Program-made: the position numbers and the translations under genes
Shown here: piece by piece, positions 1 to 9,775 of the stretch
Layout: each line of letters starts with the position of its first letter
Numbering within the stretch: position 1 is the stretch's first letter
Notes under the pieces: model-generated
What the model was told of the DNA's origin: nothing
Databases searched by the model: none
The model's input: only the letters and a program-made list of their open reading frames with translations
From: a virus
DNA length: 64,000 nucleotides
Reading direction: 5' to 3' (one strand)
Virus record (IMG/VR): IMGVR_UViG_3300021957_000004

Positions 1-212
1 TAAGTACTACACAAACTAACCCTTGGACGGATTTTATTGTACCTTCTGTTTCCGTTTTCCAAGGAATGAAAACAACATTTAATTTTGGGGGTTATACAGC
101 ACATACACCTAGCAGTGCAGCATCAGACGAAAACGGCTACGGAACTTTTGAATACACACCACCAAGCGGGTACTACGCATTATGTACAAAGAATTTAGAG
201 GAGTTCGGATAA
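1..212 (+). CDS. 3' end of a SPRY/lectin-like virion fibre-associated protein (partial), paralogue of 6619-8061
   Basis: Frame from nt 3 ends ...ASDENGYGTFEYTPPSGYYALCTKNLEEFG* (TAA 210-212), nearly identical to the C-terminus of 6619-8061. Confidence 0.8.
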   Translation, partial: STTQTNPWTDFIVPSVSVFQGMKTTFNFGGYTAHTPSSAASDENGYGTFEYTPPSGYYALCTKNLEEFG

Positions 213-213
213 T

Positions 214-1311
214 ATGGCATATTCAGATATACTAGACCCAAGCGCACATTTTCAAGCTGTTGCTTATACGGGAACAGGACCAAACCAAGACATAGTTAAT
301 GATGGACCTAGTGACTTAAAACCTGACCTTGTTTGGATAAAAAATAGAACTAATGGTAGTTACGGTGTTGTTGTTCATGATTCAATGAGAGGAAGCAATT
401 ATAATCTATACCTCAATACTGCATATGGTGATGATGCTGAAGGTGTAGATACTGGACAAAGTACAATACAAAGTTTTAATACTAATGGTTTTAGAGGAGC
501 TTCTTCTACAAATGTTTATGTACATCTATGGATAAATGCTACGAGTAATAATTATGTAGCTTGGCAGTGGAAAGCAAACGGTGGAACTTATACCACAACT
601 CCAAATGGCACACAAACTACAAACAATATGCAAATGTCTACAAAGCATCAAGTTAATTCTACTGCAGGATTTTCAATGTGTCTATATCAAGGAGCTACAT
701 CATATGGAAGCTTTTATCATGGATTAGGCGTTAAGCCTGATGTTGTAATGATTAAATCTCGTAATGCATATGATTGGGTAATGTATCACTCAGCACTAGG
801 TTATACCCATACTGTATATCCACACACTGATGGCGCTGGCGATACTGGCACTGCTTTTTTATCTGCAGAACCAGATACAACTCAAGTATACTGCAAAGAC
901 CACAATAGTGTTTTTAGACCATTAGGAGCAGATAAGTATTTAGCTTTCTGTTGGACAGAGGTAAAAGGGTATAGTAAATTTGGAAAGTATGTCGGTAATA
1001 ATAGTGACGATGGTCCGTTCGTCTATACAGGCTTTAAACCTGCTTATGTAATAATGAAAAGAACAGATACAAGCGGTAACTGGGTAAATATTGATAATAA
1101 ACGAGATACAAATAATGTAGTAAAACATAGAATGTTTCAAAATTTAACAAACGCAGACAACACTACAAGAAATTATATAGATTTTTATTCAAATGGTTTT
1201 AAAATGAGAAACACAGATGCAGATCATAATGCATCTGGAGCAACAATAATTTATATGGCTTGGGCAGAAAATCCATTTGTTGCTGGTGGTGTGCCAACAA
1301 CTGCAAGATAA
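214..1311 (+). CDS. Virion structural/fibre-associated protein, paralogue of 8061-9137
   Basis: Shares KPDLVWIKNR, YVAWQWKANGG, GPFVYTGFKPA and AENPFV..GVPTTAR with 8061-9137. Confidence 0.75.
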   Translation: MAYSDILDPSAHFQAVAYTGTGPNQDIVNDGPSDLKPDLVWIKNRTNGSYGVVVHDSMRGSNYNLYLNTAYGDDAEGVDTGQSTIQSFNTNGFRGASSTNVYVHLWINATSNNYVAWQWKANGGTYTTTPNGTQTTNNMQMSTKHQVNSTAGFSMCLYQGATSYGSFYHGLGVKPDVVMIKSRNAYDWVMYHSALGYTHTVYPHTDGAGDTGTAFLSAEPDTTQVYCKDHNSVFRPLGADKYLAFCWTEVKGYSKFGKYVGNNSDDGPFVYTGFKPAYVIMKRTDTSGNWVNIDNKRDTNNVVKHRMFQNLTNADNTTRNYIDFYSNGFKMRNTDADHNASGATIIYMAWAENPFVAGGVPTTAR

Positions 1312-1313
1312 TG

Positions 1314-1321
1314 TATAAATA
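1314..1321 (+). promoter_or_regulatory. T4-type late (gp55) promoter TATAAATA
   Basis: Exact consensus in the intergenic gap before 1344. Confidence 0.8.
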
Positions 1322-1343
1322 GATAATATAACAGGAATTATTA

Positions 1344-2507
1344 ATGGCAAATACTAAAATCACATCAAGAGTTATAGCGGATGATGCCGTAACTACTTCA
1401 GCGATTGCGGATGATGCTATAACTTCTGCTCTTATAGCAGATAATGCGGTTGGAATACCTGCTCTTGCTGTTTCTGATGGTTCTGATGGTCAATTCTTAA
1501 AGACAAATGGAAGCGGAACTTTAGCGTTTGCAGATGCAGCAAGTTCTTTTGTCAGTCTAACAGATGTAACAGTAGCAACATCTAATCCTGCAGCTAATAC
1601 TAACCCCTCAACAGGCGTAGGAACTCTATGGCTAAATAAAAGCACTGGCAATCTTTGGTGCTGTACAGGGGCTACAAATAATGATAATCAGTGGACTAAT
1701 CTTGGGTCAGGATCAACAAATATAGGAAATTTTCCAGTAACAGGCGGTACAGTAACAACGGCTGGCGGTTATACATACCACACTTTCACATCTAGTGGCA
1801 CAATTACCGCACCAGTTGCTAAGTCTAGTGTAGATATTTTAATTGTTGCAGGTGGTGGCGGTGGTGGTGGTAGATATTATTCAGGTGGCGGTGGCGCAGG
1901 TGGAATGCTTGAATACACAGGTCAAACAATTAGCGGAAACCATACTGTAGTCGTTGGCGCAGGTGGTGCAGGTGGAGCGCTAGGAGCTGACGGAACGAAT
2001 GGCGGTGTTTCATCAGTTTCTGGATTATCTTTAACTACAGCAGTTGGCGGTGGTGGCGGAGGGGGTTACAACAATCTTGGTAAGGGTCTGGCAGGAGGAT
2101 CAAGTGGCGGTGCATCTGGATACATGGCATCTGGTGGTCAAAGCAATAATGTGGGTGATGCTACTTCTGGACAAGGCAATTTGGGTGGTAACGGCGGAAC
2201 TTATGGTGGTGCAGGTGGTGGCGGAAAATCAGCAGAGGGTACTGCTGGTACTAACGCAAATGGAAGTGCAGGCGGTGCAGGAAAACAATGGTTAGACGGA
2301 ACAACTTACGCAGGTGGCGGAGGTGGTGGTGCATATGGTGGGACTAAAGGTGCTGGTGGTGCTGGTGGTGGTGGTGCTGGTTCAGATGGTAATAATAATG
2401 ATGCGGTAGCTGGAACAGCTAACACAGGCGGTGGCGGTGGTGGTGCACAGAATTACACTGGCGGTGCTGGTGGATCAGGCGTAGTAATTTTTAGATACGC
2501 AACATAA
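1344..2507 (+). CDS. Glycine-rich tail fibre/adhesin-like protein
   Basis: MANTKI start, IADDA repeats, C-terminal Gly-rich domain ending GGSGVVIFRY. Confidence 0.7.
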   Translation: MANTKITSRVIADDAVTTSAIADDAITSALIADNAVGIPALAVSDGSDGQFLKTNGSGTLAFADAASSFVSLTDVTVATSNPAANTNPSTGVGTLWLNKSTGNLWCCTGATNNDNQWTNLGSGSTNIGNFPVTGGTVTTAGGYTYHTFTSSGTITAPVAKSSVDILIVAGGGGGGGRYYSGGGGAGGMLEYTGQTISGNHTVVVGAGGAGGALGADGTNGGVSSVSGLSLTTAVGGGGGGGYNNLGKGLAGGSSGGASGYMASGGQSNNVGDATSGQGNLGGNGGTYGGAGGGGKSAEGTAGTNANGSAGGAGKQWLDGTTYAGGGGGGAYGGTKGAGGAGGGGAGSDGNNNDAVAGTANTGGGGGGAQNYTGGAGGSGVVIFRYAT

Positions 2508-2516
2508 GAGGAACAT

Positions 2517-2834
2517 ATGGGATATTATGCAAAAATAGTAGATGCAAAAGTAGTAACTGTAATAACAGCAGAAAAAAGTTTCTTTGATAACTTTTATGAT
2601 GATACAGCAGGCTCTTGGTTAGAAACTAAAATAGATGGCTCAATAAGAAAAAATTATGCAGGCATAGGTTTTTCTTATGATTCAACTAGGGATGCTTTCA
2701 TTCCACCACAACCATACCCATCATGGACATTAGACGAAGATACTTGCCTGTGGGAAGCACCCACTGCACATCCTGATGATGGCAAGATGTACAATTGGAA
2801 TGAAACAGATCAACAATGGGATGAGGTTAGCTAA
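2517..2834 (+). CDS. Small fibre-partner protein
   Basis: RKNYAGIG.SYD..RDAFIPPQPYPSW motif typical of genes following Gly-rich fibre genes; GAGG SD. Confidence 0.6.
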   Translation: MGYYAKIVDAKVVTVITAEKSFFDNFYDDTAGSWLETKIDGSIRKNYAGIGFSYDSTRDAFIPPQPYPSWTLDEDTCLWEAPTAHPDDGKMYNWNETDQQWDEVS

Positions 2835-5461
2835 TGGCTTTTACACTTAACAGAAGATTATCAACATTAGTAAACAGTAGTGGCCAATTAAATACTGGTA
2901 AGATTCCTAATGACTATATTAGTAGTGATCACGTTGCAGATAATGTAATTACAACTGCTATGTTACATAGTGGCTTTACTTTGCCAACATCAAGTTTATC
3001 CTCAATAGATACCGATAATGTTACTGAAGGTTCTTCTAATTTATATTTTACAAACGCAAGAGTTGATTCACGCCTAAGTGGTGGAACTGGAGTCACATAC
3101 TCTTCAGGTGCAATATCAATTGGACAAGCTGTTGCAACAACAGACAATGTTACTTTTGCCGACTTAACAGTTACGGGTGATTTAACAATTACAGGAGATA
3201 TTAACTCTTATAATGTAACAGATTTAGATGTTGCTGATAAAACAATTACAATTGGTAAAGGACAAACAGAATCTAACTCAGGTGGATCAGGTTTAATTGT
3301 AGACGGAGCAAGTGCTTCAATACTTTGGGACGAAACAAATGATGAATTTGATTTTAATAAAGGTATCAATGTAGATTCAAATACATTAGTAGTTGATGGA
3401 ACAAATAATAGAGTAGGTATCTTAAATGCTTCTCCTGATGTTTCATTAGATCTTGGTTCAGCAACTGATGGCATACACATGCCAGTAGGTACAACTGGAC
3501 AAAGACCAAGTTCTCCAGCAGCTGGTTATTTCAGATATAATAGTACTGATGGACAATTTGAAGGTTATACAACAGAGTGGGGAGCAATCGCAGGAAGTGG
3601 TGGTGCTTCTGCAATGGAAACAAATAACTTCACAGGTAATGGTTCAACCACAGCATTCACGCTTTCAAGTACAGTCGCAAGTGAAGATAATTTAATTGTA
3701 TTCATAGAAGGCATCTATCAAAACAAAGGTGATTATGTAGCAAGTGGAACAACACTTACATTTACAACAGCACCTGTTAGTGGTAGAAGAATTGTAGTAC
3801 AACATATTCTTTCAAGTGTTGCAGGTAATAGTACATTATATACAAGTTTAACAGGTGATGGAAGTACAACTGCATTTACATTAAGTGGTGCACCAGGACA
3901 CGAAAATAATACACAGGTCTTTATGGACGGTGTATATCAACAAAAAGATTCATATATTGTCAATGGTACAACATTAACATTTGACGCAGCTCCAGCAAAC
4001 AGTGCTGAAATAGAGGTGATGTCATTTGCACAAACAACAATTAATGAACCAGGTTCAAATACAGTCAGTGTTGCCCAATTAAATTTATCAGATGGTAGCT
4101 CAGGACAATTTATTACAACTGATGGAAATGGTACGATATCATTTGCCACAGTAAATGGTACAACCATCAACAACAACGCTAATAACAGAATCATAACTGG
4201 TAGTGGTACAGCAAATACCTTAGAGGGTGAATCTAATTTTACCTTTGATGGAACTACTGTAGAAATTAATAATACGGGCAATGCTGATAGCACATTATTA
4301 AAACTAAAAAATACACCAAGCACTGCAGGCACTTATAAAACAGGTTTAGAGTTTTGGTCTAATGAAGGTACTGGAAACAATCAAACATTTAATGCAGGGC
4401 GTATTTATTCAGAGTTTGATGGTGGCAATTATGCAAACACAAGACTTACTTTAGGTAGTGCAAGTGGTGGTGGTTCTTTTAATGATGAAGTAAATATAAC
4501 TAATGGTAATGTTGGAATTGGTACGAATAATCCTGACCATAAATTTCATGTTGATGTAGGTGCTCCTAATTCTTCTGATAAAACACTAGCTGCATTTAGT
4601 TCCCAAAGAACAGCAAGAGATATAGGTTTTGTTTGGGATGACAGTCAATCTACACTAGGAATTGCCACTCTAACAAACAATGATCTTGCATTTCATACTA
4701 ACGGTAATTCAAATGAACGCATGAGGATTGATACTTCTGGAGATATTACCATGTCCGGAACAGGATCGCTGAAAGTCCCTTCTGGCACAACAGCACAAAG
4801 ACCTTCTTCTCCTTCAGCTGGAATGATGCGATATAATTCTACAACTTCAGAATTTGAGGTTTATAGTACTATGTGGTTGCCTATGAAAACAACGGCACCT
4901 TTAGAATTTCAACAAGCAAGTACAGTCCATCAAAAATGGACGATTGCTGCTGGTGGTCAATCAGCTCAAGCCGGAAGTGGGTATAGTGCTATTTCAGTAA
5001 ATTTAAACTTTGAAGGTAATTTTACTGTAATATCTAAATGGTCACATGATTATATGGGAATTGGTATAGGGTATAAAGCTGGAATCACAAATGGAAACTT
5101 TACAGGAGAAAGTAATGATGGTGCTGGTCCTTATGGTGGAGGAGCTAGTGTAGATGGATTTGATAGTACTGTATCTTACATGGGACAATATCATTGGCCA
5201 GTAAGTAATGGCGGTGGCGATGATCATCAAACAACTTGGTATATTAAACACCAAAGAGCAGGTAATACTATTAGTACACATTATAGTACAAATGCAGCTT
5301 CTGCGACGGATCCAAGTCATTCAAGCTGGAGTCAAGTACAATCTGCTACAATTAGTTCTACAGATCATTGTAAACCATTATGGGGAGAAGCTTCAACAAA
5401 TGAATCTGTAGCTTTAACACTACTTTATAGTGAAATAACAGGAGGATTTAACGACTCATGA
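2834..5461 (+). CDS. Long tail fibre-like protein
   Basis: Thr/Gly/Ser-rich; two F/LTG.GSTTAFTLS modules, two GTT.QRPSSP.AG..RYNST modules, VGIGT repeats. Confidence 0.75.
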   Translation: MAFTLNRRLSTLVNSSGQLNTGKIPNDYISSDHVADNVITTAMLHSGFTLPTSSLSSIDTDNVTEGSSNLYFTNARVDSRLSGGTGVTYSSGAISIGQAVATTDNVTFADLTVTGDLTITGDINSYNVTDLDVADKTITIGKGQTESNSGGSGLIVDGASASILWDETNDEFDFNKGINVDSNTLVVDGTNNRVGILNASPDVSLDLGSATDGIHMPVGTTGQRPSSPAAGYFRYNSTDGQFEGYTTEWGAIAGSGGASAMETNNFTGNGSTTAFTLSSTVASEDNLIVFIEGIYQNKGDYVASGTTLTFTTAPVSGRRIVVQHILSSVAGNSTLYTSLTGDGSTTAFTLSGAPGHENNTQVFMDGVYQQKDSYIVNGTTLTFDAAPANSAEIEVMSFAQTTINEPGSNTVSVAQLNLSDGSSGQFITTDGNGTISFATVNGTTINNNANNRIITGSGTANTLEGESNFTFDGTTVEINNTGNADSTLLKLKNTPSTAGTYKTGLEFWSNEGTGNNQTFNAGRIYSEFDGGNYANTRLTLGSASGGGSFNDEVNITNGNVGIGTNNPDHKFHVDVGAPNSSDKTLAAFSSQRTARDIGFVWDDSQSTLGIATLTNNDLAFHTNGNSNERMRIDTSGDITMSGTGSLKVPSGTTAQRPSSPSAGMMRYNSTTSEFEVYSTMWLPMKTTAPLEFQQASTVHQKWTIAAGGQSAQAGSGYSAISVNLNFEGNFTVISKWSHDYMGIGIGYKAGITNGNFTGESNDGAGPYGGGASVDGFDSTVSYMGQYHWPVSNGGGDDHQTTWYIKHQRAGNTISTHYSTNAASATDPSHSSWSQVQSATISSTDHCKPLWGEASTNESVALTLLYSEITGGFNDS

Positions 5462-5766
5462 TTAATTATACATGGACAATAGAAGATGTAATTGTAACGC
5501 CAACAGTAACAATAGGCGATGATACGTTTACAGATGTTGTAAATACTATTAGATGGAAATGTGTAGGAACAGAAGGTTCTAATACAGCATACGAAGAACA
5601 AACATGGCCAGTAGCTTTTAATAACACAGGAAGCTTTACTTCTCTTGATTCTTTAGACATAGACATAGTTCTAGGCTGGATAATGAGTGAAGCAGATAAA
5701 GACAATCAAGTAAGAAAAGTTGCAGCAAAAATAGAAATAATTAAGAACACAAAGAGTATAGGATAG
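5458..5766 (+). CDS. Hypothetical fibre-associated protein
   Basis: ATGA overlap with the upstream fibre gene; 102 aa. Confidence 0.6.
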   Translation: MINYTWTIEDVIVTPTVTIGDDTFTDVVNTIRWKCVGTEGSNTAYEEQTWPVAFNNTGSFTSLDSLDIDIVLGWIMSEADKDNQVRKVAAKIEIIKNTKSIG

Positions 5767-5770
5767 ATAA

Positions 5771-5917
5771 ATGGCAAATACAAAAGTACCAGCAAGATTA
5801 ATATCGTCAACCACACTCACAGTAGTGGCAAGGTCGGCAGGAATTAATATAACATTAACAAACGGTATATTAGCCGTAATAGCACGCTCAGGAACAATCA
5901 GCGTAGGGGTAACATAA
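5771..5917 (+). CDS. 48-aa mini-protein starting with the fibre N-terminal motif MANTKV (not in ORF track)
   Basis: MANTKVPARLISSTTLTVVARSAGINITLTNGILAVIARSGTISVGVT*; fills the gap between 5766 and 5919. Confidence 0.65.
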   Translation: MANTKVPARLISSTTLTVVARSAGINITLTNGILAVIARSGTISVGVT

Positions 5918-5918
5918 A

Positions 5919-6614
5919 ATGGCAGATAGAATACCATTAATAGTTGATTCAAGTTCGAATCAGGTAAAAGAATTACCAGCAGGTGATAGTATTATCCTTG
6001 CTGATAATGAAAAATTAAAAGTAGGAACAGGTTCAGATTTAAATGTTTATCATGATGGATCTAATTCTTTTATAGATGAAACAGGTACAGGTAATTTGTA
6101 TGTTAAATCTAACTCAGTGTTATATGCAATGGGAGATGATATTAGATTAATGAATGCCGGAAACAGTGAGACTTTACTTCAAGCTGTTGTTAACGGGGCA
6201 GTTACATTAAGGTATGATAATACTGCTAGAATAGCTACAACAGCCACAGGCATAGATGTTACAGGTAATGTTATATATTCAGGTGGTTCATTAACAGTAG
6301 AAGCTGCATTAACAGATGGTTCTACTGTATCTTGGGATGTAACTGCAAGTCCAGTTGCAAAGGTAACACTTGCCGGAAATAGAACATTAGCTTTACCTTC
6401 GAATCCCTTAGGTTCAGGTCAATATGCTTCTTTATTAATTATTCAAGATGGAACTGGTTCACGAACATTAACATGGAACGCAGCATATGAATTCAAAGAT
6501 GATACCGCTCCAACACTTACAACAACAGCCAGCAAAGGTGACCTATTTACCTTTAGGTATAATGGCGCTAAATGGCTAGAGGTTGGGAGAAATCAAAACC
6601 TCTCATTGAGTTAA
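5919..6614 (+). CDS. Fibre/virion structural protein
   Basis: GTGSDL.VYHDGSNS.I fibre repeat; C-terminal IIQDGTGSRTLTW domain. Confidence 0.65.
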   Translation: MADRIPLIVDSSSNQVKELPAGDSIILADNEKLKVGTGSDLNVYHDGSNSFIDETGTGNLYVKSNSVLYAMGDDIRLMNAGNSETLLQAVVNGAVTLRYDNTARIATTATGIDVTGNVIYSGGSLTVEAALTDGSTVSWDVTASPVAKVTLAGNRTLALPSNPLGSGQYASLLIIQDGTGSRTLTWNAAYEFKDDTAPTLTTTASKGDLFTFRYNGAKWLEVGRNQNLSLS

Positions 6615-6618
6615 TCAT

Positions 6619-8061
6619 ATGATAGATGCAGGAATAGGAGCAAACTCCGCCTCAGATACTAGGTATGGTATTGATAATTCTTTGAAGTTAAACTCAGCAA
6701 ATTCAGAGTATTTATATGAAACCAGAGATGCTTCAGGTTCAGATTGGAACAGGCTTTTATGGACTGCTTCTATGTGGGTTAAACATATGCCAACAGAAAG
6801 TTCAGCCACTTCTCCAAAAGAAAGAATGTTTGGTGCAGCAGATGCTAATAATGATTTTGATATTCGTTTTAGAGGACAACCAATAGGATTTAGAAATAAT
6901 TCAGATGTTGATGGTGTAGCTGAACTTAGAACAACAGCAGTGTATAGAGATTATAATGCTTGGATGCACATTGTAGCAGTATGGGATACAGCCAATAGCA
7001 CAGCAGGTAATAGAATGAGACTGTATGTAAATGGAGAAGAAGTAACTGGTTTTTCTACAGATACTCAACCTAGTCAAAACGAAAAATCTGTTTGGGGTAA
7101 AAAGAACGATGGTACAGACGGTAATGTTACTCACACTATTGGGGCTTATTACAATTCTTCATCAGGTTTTGCACAAGGATTTAATGGTTATATGGCTGAA
7201 GTACACTGGGTTGAAGGACAAGCATTAGCCCCATCAGATTTTGGTGAGTTTGATACTGGTATTTGGATACCTAAAGAATACACAGGTTCTTATGGTACTA
7301 ATGGTTTTTATTTAAAATTTGAAGATAGCTCTAATTTAGGTTTAGATTCAAGTGGTAATTCACATAACTGGAGTTTAAGTAACTTAACAGCAGCAGACCA
7401 AGCTACGGACACGCCTACTAATAATTTTGCTACATTAAATCAGCTACATTACACAACTAAATACACAATAACTGAAGGAGGTACGAATCAAGTATCTTCT
7501 GTAAATGGATGGGGTACTAGTGTTGGATCTATAGGTGTCACATCTGGTAAATGGTATTTTGAAATAAAAACCCCGGACAATAATGGATATACTACGTTCG
7601 GTGCTATAGACGCAGATAGTATCTTGAGTCAATACCTAAATGGAGATGCTCATGCAGGAGATACTCCCTATGGCATAAGTTATTATGGTGGCAACGGCGG
7701 AATCATAGTGAATGGTTCTTACATATCAGGAACTTCTTTCTCCAGCTATAACACTCAAATTATGGGATGTGCATTAGATTTAGATAACAATAAAATATAT
7801 TTCTCTAAAAGCGGAACTTATGGAAATTCAGGGAATCCTGTAACTGGCGCAAATGGAATATCTTTACCATCAGGTGGAAGTGGTACTTGGTTTTTTTCAA
7901 CTTCAACGTATGTACAACCGCTTGCTACTAACCAAGGTGGTTATACAACTTTTTCAATCTCAAGTGCAGAAAGCGATGAAAACGGCTACGGAACTTTTGA
8001 ATATGCACCGCCTACAGGCTACTACGCCTTATGCACTAAAAACTTAGCGGAGTACGGATAA
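6619..8061 (+). CDS. LamG/concanavalin-like plus SPRY-like virion protein
   Basis: WMHIVAVWDT..RLYVNG LamG-like segment; SGKWYFEI and GCALDLDNNKIYF SPRY-like segment. Confidence 0.7.
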   Translation: MIDAGIGANSASDTRYGIDNSLKLNSANSEYLYETRDASGSDWNRLLWTASMWVKHMPTESSATSPKERMFGAADANNDFDIRFRGQPIGFRNNSDVDGVAELRTTAVYRDYNAWMHIVAVWDTANSTAGNRMRLYVNGEEVTGFSTDTQPSQNEKSVWGKKNDGTDGNVTHTIGAYYNSSSGFAQGFNGYMAEVHWVEGQALAPSDFGEFDTGIWIPKEYTGSYGTNGFYLKFEDSSNLGLDSSGNSHNWSLSNLTAADQATDTPTNNFATLNQLHYTTKYTITEGGTNQVSSVNGWGTSVGSIGVTSGKWYFEIKTPDNNGYTTFGAIDADSILSQYLNGDAHAGDTPYGISYYGGNGGIIVNGSYISGTSFSSYNTQIMGCALDLDNNKIYFSKSGTYGNSGNPVTGANGISLPSGGSGTWFFSTSTYVQPLATNQGGYTTFSISSAESDENGYGTFEYAPPTGYYALCTKNLAEYG

Positions 8062-9137
8062 TGGCATATACAAATATAGACGATCCATCAGCGCATTTTC
8101 AGACTACTACTTATGCCGGTGATTCTAGTAATTCTACTGTTATAACTAATGGTGGAAATAGTGACTTAAAGCCAGATTTAGTTTGGATTAAAAATAGGAC
8201 TTCATCTGGTGGTAACGTTAGTGATCATATGTTATTTAATTCAAATGTAGGCATTGGGACTGGGGCAAACTCTCCTTACCTAATGACAAATAGCAATGCA
8301 CCAGAAACAACCAATTCAAATGGATTACAAGCAGTTAGCTCAAATGGGTTTACCCCAGGCTCTATGACCAGAACTAATGAAACTGGTAAGAATTTTGTAG
8401 CTTGGCAATGGAAAGCAAACGGTGGAACTACAAGTTCGAACACCGATGGAGATATAACTTCAACCGTGCAAGCTAATACTGATGCTGGGTTTAGTATCGT
8501 TACTTATCAAGGTAATACTTCTAACAACCAAACTGTTGGTCACGGCTTGGGCGCAGTTCCGAGTTGTATTATTATAAGAAATAGAACAAGAACAGAAGAT
8601 TGGAGATTGAATTATAACCACGTAAACAGTGGTACAGGAATGATTAGATTAAATAGCACAGATTCTTATAATACAACTGCTACAACCTTAATGAACGTAG
8701 CTCCAACCTCTAGTGTATTTAATATTAGTACTGATTGGTCAGTGAATGGTAACTATCCATTTGTAGCTTACTGCTGGGCAGAAAAACAAGGCTACAGCAA
8801 GTTTGGTTCGTATATCGGTAATGCAGATGCAAATGGTCCGTTTGTTTATACAGGCTTTAAGCCTGCTTGGGTGATGATTAAATTTAATGGTACAGATGAT
8901 TGGTATATATTTGATCACAAAAGAGCAGGTTATAACCCTGAGGTTTTTAGATTAAGAGCAAATACAACAGGCGATGAAACAACGGGAACAGATAACACAG
9001 TTGATCATTTATCAAATGGATTTAAATTAAGGTTTACTGGTGGCTCTATAAATGGTAGCGGTAGTACATACTTCTATATGGCCTTTGCAGAAAATCCATT
9101 TGTAACATCAACAGGAGTGCCAACAACGGCTAGATAA
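8061..9137 (+). CDS. Virion structural/fibre-associated protein, paralogue of 214-1311
   Basis: End-to-end similarity with 214-1311; TAATG coupling to the upstream gene. Confidence 0.75.
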   Translation: MAYTNIDDPSAHFQTTTYAGDSSNSTVITNGGNSDLKPDLVWIKNRTSSGGNVSDHMLFNSNVGIGTGANSPYLMTNSNAPETTNSNGLQAVSSNGFTPGSMTRTNETGKNFVAWQWKANGGTTSSNTDGDITSTVQANTDAGFSIVTYQGNTSNNQTVGHGLGAVPSCIIIRNRTRTEDWRLNYNHVNSGTGMIRLNSTDSYNTTATTLMNVAPTSSVFNISTDWSVNGNYPFVAYCWAEKQGYSKFGSYIGNADANGPFVYTGFKPAWVMIKFNGTDDWYIFDHKRAGYNPEVFRLRANTTGDETTGTDNTVDHLSNGFKLRFTGGSINGSGSTYFYMAFAENPFVTSTGVPTTAR

Positions 9138-9139
9138 TG

Positions 9140-9147
9140 TATAAATA
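9140..9147 (+). promoter_or_regulatory. T4-type late promoter TATAAATA
   Basis: Exact consensus in the same context (agataatgTATAAATA) as at 1314. Confidence 0.8.
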
Positions 9148-9168
9148 CATATACAAAGAGGAATTAAT

Positions 9169-9765
9169 ATGTGGGCAATAGTAGAAAGCGGATCAATTAC
9201 AAAAATGTATACAAGACCGCGAGCATTTAAAATAGGGAGTAATCAATATCCTGCAAACACGATGGCATTATGGTCAGAATCGGAATTGCAGTCAATTGGT
9301 GTATATCCAGTTACAATCGACAATACCAATCTAAAAGATAAAGAATATTATATTAACACTAATATTACATATGCAGTAGATGGTTTAACAGTGACCGGCA
9401 CGTACGGAGCAGCTACGGCAATAAGTATGACAGATACTTTATTCACAGCACAAGACGAAACAGATGGGCTTGGAACAGAAGGTGAAGTAGCAACAAGAGG
9501 ATTAAAATATAATCATAAACAAATTATTAATCAACAAGCTGCTGGATTACTACAAGACACAGATTGGATGGTAATAAGAGAAGCAGAAGGTGGAACAGCA
9601 GTACCAGGTGCTACTACAACTTGGAGAGCAGCAGTACGAACAAAAGCTAATGCAATGCAAGTACAGATAGACGGTGCAGCAGATGTAGATGCATTAGCAG
9701 CTTTATACGTTTATAACGATGCAACTCCGCCAGTCAGACCACTTGGTGAATTTCCAACACTATAG
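9169..9765 (+). CDS. Tail fibre assembly chaperone-like protein
   Basis: LLQDTDWMVIR..E...WRAAVR motif of tail assembly chaperones. Confidence 0.55.
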   Translation: MWAIVESGSITKMYTRPRAFKIGSNQYPANTMALWSESELQSIGVYPVTIDNTNLKDKEYYINTNITYAVDGLTVTGTYGAATAISMTDTLFTAQDETDGLGTEGEVATRGLKYNHKQIINQQAAGLLQDTDWMVIREAEGGTAVPGATTTWRAAVRTKANAMQVQIDGAADVDALAALYVYNDATPPVRPLGEFPTL

Positions 9766-9775
9766 GAAAAAATAG

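Noticed and set aside
1850-2480. GGT/GGC-rich repetitive DNA
   Set aside because: Explained by the poly-Gly protein domain; not a CRISPR array or DNA repeat element
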